In this document: in pieces, positions 15,004-25,156 of the stretch
Position numbering within the stretch: position 1 is the first letter of the stretch
Layout of the letters: each line of letters opens with the position of its first letter
Assembly (NCBI RefSeq): GCF_001457615.1
Contig: NZ_LN831024.1
Coordinates: 4,530,001 to 4,562,000 of the forward strand
Origin: Pseudomonas aeruginosa
GTDB lineage: Bacteria > Pseudomonadota > Gammaproteobacteria > Pseudomonadales > Pseudomonadaceae
Direction of reading: 5' to 3'
Length of the DNA: 32,000 nt
Program-made: the position numbers and the translations under genes
The notes under the pieces: model-generated
The model's database searches: none
Told to the model about the DNA's origin: nothing
The model's input: only the letters and a program-made list of their open reading frames with translations

Positions 15004-15702
15004 TCAGGATTTGCGCGGCGCCAGGTAGGCCAGCCAGCGGCGCTCGGCAAGCTTGAACAGGCGCACCAGGATGAAGGTCAGGCACAGGTAGAACAGGCCA
15101 GCGGTGATGAACGCCTCGAACGGCAGGTAGTACTGCGAGTAGACGGTCCGCGCGGCGCCGGTGATGTCCACCAGGGTGACGATGGACGCCAGGCTGGTGG
15201 TCTGCAGCATCATGATCACTTCGTTGCTGTACTGCGGCAGGGCGCGCCGCAGTGCCGACGGCAGGAGGATGCGGCGGTACATCTTCAGGCGCGACATGCC
15301 CATCGCCTTGGCCGCCTCGATCTCGCCATGGGGCGTGGCCTTCAGGCTACCGGCGAGGATCTCGGCGGTATAGGCGCTGGTGTTGATGGCGAACGCCAGG
15401 CAGGCGCAGAAGGAGGCGTTCGACAACCAGGGCCACAGCGCGCTCTCGCGCACCGCGTCGAACTGCGCCAGGCCGTAGTAGATCAGGAACAGCTGGACCA
15501 GCATCGGCGTGCCGCGGATCACGTAGGTGTAGAGCCAGGCCGGGAAGTTCACCAGCGGCTGCTTGGAGACCCGCATCAGCGCCAGCGGCACCGCCAGCAG
15601 CAGGCCGATCAGCAGGGAGATCGAGAGCAGCTTGAGGGTGACCAGCAGGCCGTCGAAATAGAGCGGAAGGCTGTCCCAGATGACGGAGAAATCGAAGATC
15701 AC
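15004..15702 (-). CDS. aotM: Arginine/ornithine ABC transporter permease (HisM-type), 232 aa
   Basis: Full ORF, polytopic hydrophobic protein with the EAA-loop motif EAAKAMGMSRLKMYRRILLP. Confidence 0.93.
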   Translation of the reverse strand: MIFDFSVIWDSLPLYFDGLLVTLKLLSISLLIGLLLAVPLALMRVSKQPLVNFPAWLYTYVIRGTPMLVQLFLIYYGLAQFDAVRESALWPWLSNASFCACLAFAINTSAYTAEILAGSLKATPHGEIEAAKAMGMSRLKMYRRILLPSALRRALPQYSNEVIMMLQTTSLASIVTLVDITGAARTVYSQYYLPFEAFITAGLFYLCLTFILVRLFKLAERRWLAYLAPRKS

Positions 15703-15718
15703 GATAGGGCCCCTTGAC

Positions 15719-16408
15719 TCACAGTTCCGCGGTTTTCACGCCGACCGAATAGCGGCGTTCGAGCAGGCGCAGCAACAGCAGCGACACGCTGGTCACCAGC
15801 AGGTACAGGCCGGCCACGGCGAGGTAGTAGGTGAACGGCTCGCGGGTCGCATCGGAGGCCTGCTTGGCCTTGAACATCATGTCCTGCAGGCCGACCACGG
15901 AAATCAGCGCGGTGGCCTTGACCAGCACCAGCCAGTTGTTGGTGAAGCCGGGGATCGCCAGGCGGATCATCTGCGGCACCTGGATGCGGAAGAACACCTG
16001 GCGGTGGCTCATGCCGTAGGCGTAGCCGGCCTCGCCCTGCCCCTTGGGAATCGCCATGAAGGCGCCGCGGAAGGTCTCCGAGAGATAGGCGCCGAAGATG
16101 AAGCCGAGGGTGCCGACGCCGGACACGAAGGGATTCAGGTCGATGTAGTCGTCGTAGCCGAGTTGCGGGGCGACCCAGTTCAGCAGGCCCTGGCCGCCGT
16201 AGAAGATCAGCAGGATCAGCACCAGGTCGGGGATGCCGCGCACTACCGTGGCGTACAGGTCGCCGCACCAGGCCAGCCAGCGCACCGGCGACAGGCGGAA
16301 GGCCGCGCCCAGCAGGCCGAGGACGATGGCCAGGAGCATGGAAAGCAGGGCCAGCTGGAGAGTCAGCCAGGCGCCATCGACGATGGTCGCACCGTAGCCA
16401 GTGATCAT
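15719..16408 (-). CDS. aotQ: Arginine/ornithine ABC transporter permease (HisQ-type), 229 aa
   Basis: ORF 15719..16411(-). The first codon is TTG immediately followed by ATG (16408). AGAGG lies 9 nt upstream of the ATG. EAA-loop motif EAGYAYGMSHRQVFFRIQVP. Confidence 0.92.
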   Translation of the reverse strand: MITGYGATIVDGAWLTLQLALLSMLLAIVLGLLGAAFRLSPVRWLAWCGDLYATVVRGIPDLVLILLIFYGGQGLLNWVAPQLGYDDYIDLNPFVSGVGTLGFIFGAYLSETFRGAFMAIPKGQGEAGYAYGMSHRQVFFRIQVPQMIRLAIPGFTNNWLVLVKATALISVVGLQDMMFKAKQASDATREPFTYYLAVAGLYLLVTSVSLLLLRLLERRYSVGVKTAEL

Positions 16409-16461
16409 CAAAACGGTACCTCTATGCAGCTAATGCAGCGCTAAAGCAGTGGCGTCCAGTC

Positions 16462-16511
16462 AATAAAAAAGTGGCACAAACAGCGCGAGGCGTCGCGGAC
16501 GTTTGTGCCAC
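16462..16511 (-). terminator. Strong intrinsic terminator between aotJ and aotQ: 11-bp stem GTGGCACAAAC/GTTTGTGCCAC with a nested 5-bp stem, followed by TTTTTTATT
   Basis: Read from the sequence. Stem arms at 16471..16481 and 16501..16511. The A-run at 16465..16470 on the plus strand gives a U-tract on the minus strand. Begins 15 nt after the aotJ stop. Confidence 0.75.
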
Positions 16512-16526
16512 CTCTGACGGATAGCG

Positions 16527-17306
16527 TCAGTTCGAACCGTAGACGTCGAAGCTGAAGTACTTGTCCTGGATCTGCTTGTACTTGCCGTTGGCGCGCAGCG
16601 CGTCGATGGCCGCGTTGAACTTGCCGGCCAGCTCGCTATCGCCCTTGCGCACGGCGATGCCGACGCCTTCGCCGAAGTACTTGGCATCGGTCAGTTGCGG
16701 ACCGACGAAGGCGTAGCCCTTGCCGGCATCGGTCTTGAGGAAGCCGTCCTCGAGGTTCACCGAGTCGGCGACCACCGCGTCGAGGCGACCGGCCACCAGG
16801 TCCATGTTGGCTTCCTGCTGGGAGTTGTAGCGCACCACTTCGACGCCGGCCGGGGTCAGTTCGGCGGAGGCGTAGCGGTCGGCGGTACTGCCACGCAGCA
16901 CGCCGGCCTTCTTGCCCTTCAGGTCGGCCTTGGGATCGTTGAGGCTGGCGCCTTCCTTCATCACGAAGCGCGCCGGGGTGTTGTAGTACTTGTTGGTGAA
17001 GTCGACCGAACGCTTGCGCTCGTCGGTGATGGTCATCGACGAGAGGATCGCATCGATCTTGCGCACCTTGAGTGCCGGGATCAGGCCGTCGAACTCCTGC
17101 TCGACCCACTTGCACTGCACCTTCATCTCTTCGCAGAGGGCATTGCCGATATCCACGTCGAAGCCTGCCAACTGGCCGTCCGGGGTCTTCAGCGAGAACG
17201 GCGGGTAGGCCGCCTCGATGCCGATGCGCACCGGCTTGTCGGCGGCGAAAGTGGGCAGGGAGAGCACGGACAGCGCCAGGGCGCCGAGAAGTGCGAGCTT
17301 CTTCAT
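16527..17306 (-). CDS. aotJ: Periplasmic arginine/ornithine-binding protein (family 3 SBP), 259 aa with signal peptide
   Basis: ORF 16527..17333(-). ATG at 17306 is preceded by AAGGAG at 6-nt spacing. Signal peptide [25 protein letters not shown]. Confidence 0.94.
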   Translation of the reverse strand: MKKLALLGALALSVLSLPTFAADKPVRIGIEAAYPPFSLKTPDGQLAGFDVDIGNALCEEMKVQCKWVEQEFDGLIPALKVRKIDAILSSMTITDERKRSVDFTNKYYNTPARFVMKEGASLNDPKADLKGKKAGVLRGSTADRYASAELTPAGVEVVRYNSQQEANMDLVAGRLDAVVADSVNLEDGFLKTDAGKGYAFVGPQLTDAKYFGEGVGIAVRKGDSELAGKFNAAIDALRANGKYKQIQDKYFSFDVYGSN

Positions 17307-17466
17307 CTGGAACTCCTTCGAAGGGGATGGCATCGATTGGCAGGAGAAATAGAACCTTGCCCAGGCTGCCGACGGATATGCGTGATCACCGGCTCTTGCG
17401 CATGGCGCCTTCTCGTGGACAGGGCGCCAGCTGGGGTGAGCGGCATTCTAGCGACAGGCCGAAAGT

Positions 17467-17487
17467 GGTTATTTCTTCAATGCGACA
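17467..17487 (-). promoter_or_regulatory. ArgR half-site, exact match to TGTCGC-N8-AA-N5 (TGTCGCATTGAAGAAATAACC), upstream of aotJ
   Basis: Minus-strand read, 161-181 nt upstream of the aotJ ATG. Shares the 11-mer AGTTGTCGCAT with the aruC-proximal box. Confidence 0.6.
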
Positions 17488-17520
17488 ACTAATTATAAAA
17501 GCACCGAAGAGGGCATTCGG

Positions 17521-17541
17521 CGATATTGACAGGCAGCGACA
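17521..17541 (-). promoter_or_regulatory. ArgR half-site, exact match to TGTCGC-N8-AA-N5 (TGTCGCTGCCTGTCAATATCG), upstream of aotJ
   Basis: Minus-strand read, 215-235 nt upstream of the aotJ ATG, in an AT-rich patch. Confidence 0.55.
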
Positions 17542-17789
17542 TTTGTGCCCGGAAAGCGCGAAGTGTAATCAATGAGTAAAGCAAATCTCAAGCCATAAAT
17601 TGCCAATTCCTTCTCCTTCAATGGCTTGGCCGCTACGACTCGCCTCGACTGCTACCCCGTGTCGCACCTTGGCTGTGCGTGGCGTTTCCTCTCGCCCCAA
17701 TTATGCGCAGGCGCGCATCACCGAAGTGTTACCGCCGCCCCATTCCCGGCGCGAGCCCATTCGAAACGCCCTCCTCCTCGGCCCGCGCC

Positions 17790-17827
17790 AAATGAAAGAC
17801 CCCGCGCGGCTCGCACCGCGCGGGGTC
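17790..17827 (-). terminator. Intrinsic terminator of acsA: 12-bp stem GACCCCGCGCGG-ctcgca-CCGCGCGGGGTC followed by TTTCATTT
   Basis: Perfect stem at 17798..17809 / 17816..17827, 19 nt after the acsA stop. T-rich tail on the minus strand. Confidence 0.75.
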
Positions 17828-17846
17828 GTTTCGGATCAGGCGGAAG

Positions 17847-19802
<1,956 letters not shown>

Positions 19803-19902
19803 GGCTTTAACCTCGGTACGTGAGTGTTGTTTTTGTTGTGCCCAGTTGTAGCGAGCGCACACCCCACGAACCATACGACCATGGTCTTACCACTGCGCGA
19901 CA

Positions 19903-19938
19903 GCGCCGATCGTAGCTATAAGCCGCGCCGATCGTAGC
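19903..19938. repeat. Two exact 14-bp direct repeats GCGCCGATCGTAGC with starts 22 bp apart (8-bp gap), 101-136 nt upstream of the acsA ATG
   Basis: Copies at 19903..19916 and 19925..19938, read from the sequence. Each contains the palindrome CGATCG. Confidence 0.6.
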
Positions 19939-19947
19939 CTTGCGCCG

Positions 19948-19978
19948 GGCGGCGGAGCGCGTCCCGCGCCCCGCCGCC
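19948..19978 (-). terminator. GC-rich stem-loop (8 + 5 bp with one internal mismatch, 3-nt loop), 6 nt after the dctM stop, no U-tract
   Basis: Pairing worked out by hand: 19948..19955 with 19971..19978, and 19957..19961 with 19965..19969. Confidence 0.4.
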
Positions 19979-19984
19979 GCGACC

Positions 19985-21268
19985 TCAACTCATGCCCAGC
20001 AGGCCCGGCAGCCACAGCGAGATCAACGGCACGTAGGTCACCAGGATCAGGAACAGCAGCAGAATCATCAGCCACGGCAGCGCCGCGCGGATGGTCGCCC
20101 CCAGCGGCATGCCAGTGACCGCCGAAGTGACGAACAGGTTGAGGCCGACCGGCGGGTGTACCAGGCCGATCTCCATGTTCACCACCATGACGATGCCCAG
20201 GTGGATCGGATCGATGCCCAGCCTCATGGCGATGGGGAAGAAGATCGGCGCCAGGATCAGCACGATCGCCGAGGGCTCCATGAAGCTGCCGGCGACCAGT
20301 AGCACCACGTTGACCATCAGCAGGAAGCCGATCGGGGTCAGGCCTTCCTGCACCACCCATTCGGTGATCTGCTGGGGGATCTGCTCGGTGGTCAACACAT
20401 GGGCGAAGAGCATGGCGTTGGCGATGATGAACATCAGCATGATGCTCAGCCGCCCCGACTCCAGCAGCACCTTGGGACAGTCGCGCAGGCGCATGTCCTT
20501 GTACACGAACAGCGCGACGAAGGCCGAATACACCGCCGCCACCGCCGCCGCCTCGGTGGGGGTGAACAGCCCGGAATAGATGCCGCCGAGGATGATCACC
20601 AGCAGCAACAGGCCCCAGCCTGCACGGCGTGCGGCGGCCAGCCACTCGCGGAAGCTGGCGCGCGGCTGCGCCGGCAGCTTCTTGACCCGTGCGACGATGT
20701 AGATCACCACCATCAGGATCACCCCGAGCAACAACCCCGGAACCACCCCGGCGACGAACAGCTTGCCCACCGAGGTCTCGGTGGCGGCGGCGTAGACCAC
20801 CATCACGATCGATGGCGGGATGAGGATACCCAGGGTCCCGGCGTTGCAGATGATCCCCGCGCCGAAGGCGCGCGGATAGCCGGAGCGGACCATGCCGGCC
20901 ACGGCGATCGAGCCGACCGCCGCCACCGTCGCCGGCGACGAACCGGACAGCGCGGCGAACAGCATGCAGGCGAGCACCGCAGCGATCGCCAGGCCGCCGC
21001 GGATATGCCCGACGCAGGCATTGGCGAAGTCGATCAGGCGCCGCGCCACGCCACCGGTGGTCATGAACGCGCCGGAGAGCAGGAAGAACGGGATCGCCAG
21101 CAGGGTGTAGGCCTCGGAGGTCTCGAACAGCTTGATCGCCAGCGAGCGCACCGAATCCGGGCTGAACAGCAGGATCGTCAGGGCGCCGGACAGCCCCAGG
21201 GAGATGGCGATGGGCACGCCGATGAACATGAACAGGAACAGCAGCAGGAACAGGATCAGCACGGTCAT
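19985..21268 (-). CDS. TRAP transporter large permease (DctM family), 427 aa
   Basis: C-terminal 427 codons of the artefactual 1013-aa ORF 19985..23026(-). ATG 21268 (MTVLILFLLLF...) overlaps the dctQ stop as ATGA. Highly hydrophobic DctM-like sequence. Confidence 0.93.
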   Translation of the reverse strand: MTVLILFLLLFLFMFIGVPIAISLGLSGALTILLFSPDSVRSLAIKLFETSEAYTLLAIPFFLLSGAFMTTGGVARRLIDFANACVGHIRGGLAIAAVLACMLFAALSGSSPATVAAVGSIAVAGMVRSGYPRAFGAGIICNAGTLGILIPPSIVMVVYAAATETSVGKLFVAGVVPGLLLGVILMVVIYIVARVKKLPAQPRASFREWLAAARRAGWGLLLLVIILGGIYSGLFTPTEAAAVAAVYSAFVALFVYKDMRLRDCPKVLLESGRLSIMLMFIIANAMLFAHVLTTEQIPQQITEWVVQEGLTPIGFLLMVNVVLLVAGSFMEPSAIVLILAPIFFPIAMRLGIDPIHLGIVMVVNMEIGLVHPPVGLNLFVTSAVTGMPLGATIRAALPWLMILLLFLILVTYVPLISLWLPGLLGMS

Positions 21269-21903
21269 GGACGGTTCTCCCCGGCCTCTTCGCCGGCCAG
21301 TTTGGAGGCCTCGGCGGCCTCGTCGGCGAGGCCCAGCCCGAGCTGGCGACCGCGCAACAGGTTGACGAGGATTTCCAGGTAGCGCAGCAGCACCAGGCCG
21401 AAGCCGACCGGCACCACCACCGCGATGTAGGCCTGGAGGATGCCGAAGTGGTCGAGGTCCTCGGCGCCGATGCCGGCGACCAACAGGGTCTTCACCCAGT
21501 CGTAGCTGGCGACCATGAACAGCCCGGCGTAGCCCAGGCAGCAGAGGCAGGCGAGTATCCCGATCAGGCGCTGCAAGGGACGCGGCGCCAGGCGCACCAG
21601 GGCATCCACCCCGAGGTGGCCGGCGGTGCGTACGCCGTAGGCGATGCCGAGGAAGATCAGCCAGCCGAACAGCGCCTTGGTCAGCGCGTTGCTCCAGGAC
21701 ATATCCTGGGCTACCCCGAGGATCGCGTCGCCCATCGAGTACAGCGGAGCCCGCAGTGTCGGCAGGCGGTCGCCGAGGTCGTAGAACAGGGTGAAGACGT
21801 TGGTCATCACCACATAGAGGAAGGTCACCAGCGTCATCGCCGCCAGCAGGAAGGCGATAGCGCCCTCCTCGAAGCGGTTCCAGACGCGCACGAGTCGATT
21901 CAT
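21265..21903 (-). CDS. TRAP transporter small permease (DctQ family), 212 aa
   Basis: ORF 21265..21918(-). ATG 21903 (MNRLVRVWNRFEEG...) is preceded by GGAGA at 8-nt spacing. The ORF-track start is a GTG 15 nt upstream. Confidence 0.88.
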   Translation of the reverse strand: MNRLVRVWNRFEEGAIAFLLAAMTLVTFLYVVMTNVFTLFYDLGDRLPTLRAPLYSMGDAILGVAQDMSWSNALTKALFGWLIFLGIAYGVRTAGHLGVDALVRLAPRPLQRLIGILACLCCLGYAGLFMVASYDWVKTLLVAGIGAEDLDHFGILQAYIAVVVPVGFGLVLLRYLEILVNLLRGRQLGLGLADEAAEASKLAGEEAGENRP

Positions 21904-21922
21904 CGCAGCGTTCTCCACAATG

Positions 21923-21942
21923 CCCCGCCCGGCCGGGCGGGG
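21923..21942 (-). other. Perfect palindromic stem-loop CCCCGCCC-ggcc-GGGCGGGG between dctP and dctQ
   Basis: 8-bp stem and 4-nt loop, starting 9 nt after the dctP stop. No U-tract. It sits just upstream of the dctQ SD. Confidence 0.45.
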
Positions 21943-21951
21943 CCGGACGGG

Positions 21952-22956
<1,005 letters not shown>

Positions 22957-23006
22957 TCAGATTGTTGTTGTGCTTTCGAGGTATCGACGAGCCTGACGCA
23001 GCCGGC

Positions 23007-23058
23007 GCGTTCGGAGAATTCGCCATTGCTCAAGCCCGCGTTCGCGTCTGTCGAACGC
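23007..23058 (-). promoter_or_regulatory. Candidate LysR-type operator upstream of dctP: dyad GCGTTCG-N7-CGAACGC (23038..23058) plus GCAATGGCG-N6-CCGAACGC (minus-strand read of 23029..23007)
   Basis: Same dyad and same 9-mer as in the ich/LysR divergent region. Located between the ccl stop (23061) and the dctP ATG (22947). Confidence 0.45.
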
Positions 23059-23060
23059 GT

Positions 23061-23888
23061 TCAGCCGCCCTCCCCGGCCCGCTCCAGCAGGCGTCGCGCG
23101 CGTCCCAGCACCGGCGCGTCGACCATCTCGCCGTCGACCACGAAGACGCCGGCACCGGAGGCGCCGGCCTCTGCCACCCGACGCGCCCACTCCAGTTCCG
23201 CGGGACTCGGCATCAATGTCTGGTGGATCGGCTCGACCTGGCTCGGATGGATGCACAGCAACCCGCCGAAGCCCATGTCGCGAGCGAAGCGCACTGCCTC
23301 GACCAGTCCGGCACGGTTCTGGATCGCCGGATAGACGCCGTCCAGCGGCGGCGCCAGGCCTGCCAGGCGCGATTGCAGGAGCAGTGCGTAACGGGCGTGA
23401 CCGAGAATCTGTTCGGCTGCGTTGCTGCCGCTGTTGAGATCGAGGTCCAGGGCCAGGTCGAGGCTGCCGAAGGACAGCCGCTCGACCCCCGCGGCGGCGG
23501 CGATCTCGCCTAGCGCGGCAAGGCCGCGGGCACTCTCGACGATGGGCCAGACCGGCTTGCCGCTGGCCACGGCGGCGTGGCGCACCTGGGCGGCGCTCTC
23601 CACTTTCGGCAGGAGCAGGCCGATCACTCCGGCGTGGTCGCGGCACAGCGCCAGGTCGTCGGCATGCCCGGGATGCTCCGCCGCGTTGATCCGCACCAGC
23701 ACCCGGGCTTCCGGCGTATCGACGAGGAAACGCCGGAGATTGGCCCGCGCCTCGACCTTCAGCCCCTCTTCCACCGCATCCTCGAGGTCGACGATGACCC
23801 GGTCGGCGCCGCTGGCAAGGGCCTTGGGGATCCGCTCCGGGCGGGTCGCCGGGACGAACAGCGCGCTGCGCACGATCTGTCGGTTCAT
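23061..23888 (-). CDS. ccl: (S)-citramalyl-CoA lyase (CitE/HpcH-like), 275 aa
   Basis: ORF 23061..23999(-). ATG 23888 (MNRQIVRSALFVPATRPERIPKA...) is preceded by GAGGAG at 6-nt spacing. CitE-like N-terminal motif. The function call rests on the known P. aeruginosa itaconate pathway (Ict/Ich/Ccl). Confidence 0.88.
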   Translation of the reverse strand: MNRQIVRSALFVPATRPERIPKALASGADRVIVDLEDAVEEGLKVEARANLRRFLVDTPEARVLVRINAAEHPGHADDLALCRDHAGVIGLLLPKVESAAQVRHAAVASGKPVWPIVESARGLAALGEIAAAAGVERLSFGSLDLALDLDLNSGSNAAEQILGHARYALLLQSRLAGLAPPLDGVYPAIQNRAGLVEAVRFARDMGFGGLLCIHPSQVEPIHQTLMPSPAELEWARRVAEAGASGAGVFVVDGEMVDAPVLGRARRLLERAGEGG

Positions 23889-23898
23889 GTCCGTCTCC

Positions 23899-25101
23899 TC
23901 ATACCGTTCCGGTCGCGCGCAGGCGCTGGATATCGGCCGCGGTACAGCCCAGTTCGGCAAGCAGTGCGTCGCTGTCGCCGCCCAGCGCCGGCACCGCATC
24001 CATGCGCGGAACGAAGGCGCTGCTGCTGGCCGGCGGCAACAACGCCGGCAGGCGCCCGGCCGGGCTGTCGATGGAGGTCCAGCGTTGCCGCGCCTGTAAC
24101 TGCGGGTGCGCCCAGACCCCGGCCATGTCGTTGACGTGGGCGTTGGCGATCTGCGCCTGTTCCAGGCGCGCCACCACCTCGGCGGCCGGCAAGGCGGCGA
24201 AGGCTTCGACGATCAGCGCACGCAGCTCTTCGCGGTTGGCCGAGCGCTTGAAGTTCGCCGAGAAGCGTTCGTCGTCGGCCAGCTCCGGGCGGCGCAGGAC
24301 CTTGTCGCAGAAGGCCCGCCACTCGCGCTCGTTCTGCAGGCCGAGCATCACTGTGCCGCCGTCGCCGGCGGGGAATGGCCCATAGGGGTAGATGGTCGAG
24401 TGCGAAGCGCCGGCGCGCGGCGGCGGCGGCGCGTCCTGGTAGGCGTAGTACATCGGGTAGCCCATCCACTCCACCAGGCTCTCCAGCATCGACACGTCGA
24501 TGCGGCTGCCCTCGCCGGTGCGCTCGCGCAGCAGCAGGGCCGAAAGGATGCTGCTGTAGGCGTACATGCCGGCGGCGATATCGGCGATCGAACAGCCGGC
24601 CTTGGCCATCTCGTTCGGCCCGGCGCCGCCGGTCACCGAAAGGAAGCCGCCCTCGCTCTGGATCAGCAGGTCGTAGGCCTTCTTCTTCTCGTAGGGACCG
24701 CCTTCGCCGTAGCCGGAGATATCGCAGACGATCAGTCGCGGGAAGCGCTCGCGCAACGCCTCGTAGGACAGGCCCAGGCGCGCGGCGGCGCCCGGCGCGA
24801 GGTTCTGCACCAGCACGTCGGCGCCGGCCAGCAGCTTCTCCAGCAACGGCAGCGCCTCGGCCTGCTTGAGATCGAGGCTGAGGCTCTGCTTGGAACGATT
24901 GGTCCAGACGAAGTGCGACGACAGGCCGTTGACCCGCTCGTCGTAACCGCGGGCGAAATCGCCGACGCCGGGGCGTTCGATCTTGATCACCCGCGCGCCG
25001 AGATCGGCCAGTTGGCGGGTGCAGAACGGCGCGGCGATGGCGTGCTCCAGGCTGACCACGGTGATGCCGTCGAGCGGGCGCGGTCGGTGGGATTGTGTCA
25101 T
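23899..25101 (-). CDS. ict: Itaconate:succinyl-CoA CoA-transferase (family III CoA-transferase, CaiB/BaiF-like), 400 aa
   Basis: Full ORF. N-terminus LDGITVVSLEHAIAAPFCTRQLADLGARVIKIERPG is typical of family III CoA-transferases. Cluster context. Confidence 0.88.
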   Translation of the reverse strand: MTQSHRPRPLDGITVVSLEHAIAAPFCTRQLADLGARVIKIERPGVGDFARGYDERVNGLSSHFVWTNRSKQSLSLDLKQAEALPLLEKLLAGADVLVQNLAPGAAARLGLSYEALRERFPRLIVCDISGYGEGGPYEKKKAYDLLIQSEGGFLSVTGGAGPNEMAKAGCSIADIAAGMYAYSSILSALLLRERTGEGSRIDVSMLESLVEWMGYPMYYAYQDAPPPPRAGASHSTIYPYGPFPAGDGGTVMLGLQNEREWRAFCDKVLRRPELADDERFSANFKRSANREELRALIVEAFAALPAAEVVARLEQAQIANAHVNDMAGVWAHPQLQARQRWTSIDSPAGRLPALLPPASSSAFVPRMDAVPALGGDSDALLAELGCTAADIQRLRATGTV

Positions 25102-25156
25102 GGGTCGGACTCCCTGCCCTCGTCCGTCGAAGACGAGGTGCGGCTGGTTCGGTTGA

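Noticed and set aside
19810-19850. GGGCAC-aacaa-AAACA upstream of acsA, considered as a possible RpoN promoter.
   Set aside because: No GC dinucleotide at the -12 position, so it is only a partial match to the -24 box.
25118-25138. Short hairpin CCTCGTC-cgtcgaa-GACGAGG between the PrpD-family gene and ict.
   Set aside because: A 7-bp stem with no U-tract in a 55-nt intra-operon gap. Too weak to interpret. Stems of this kind are common by chance at this GC content.
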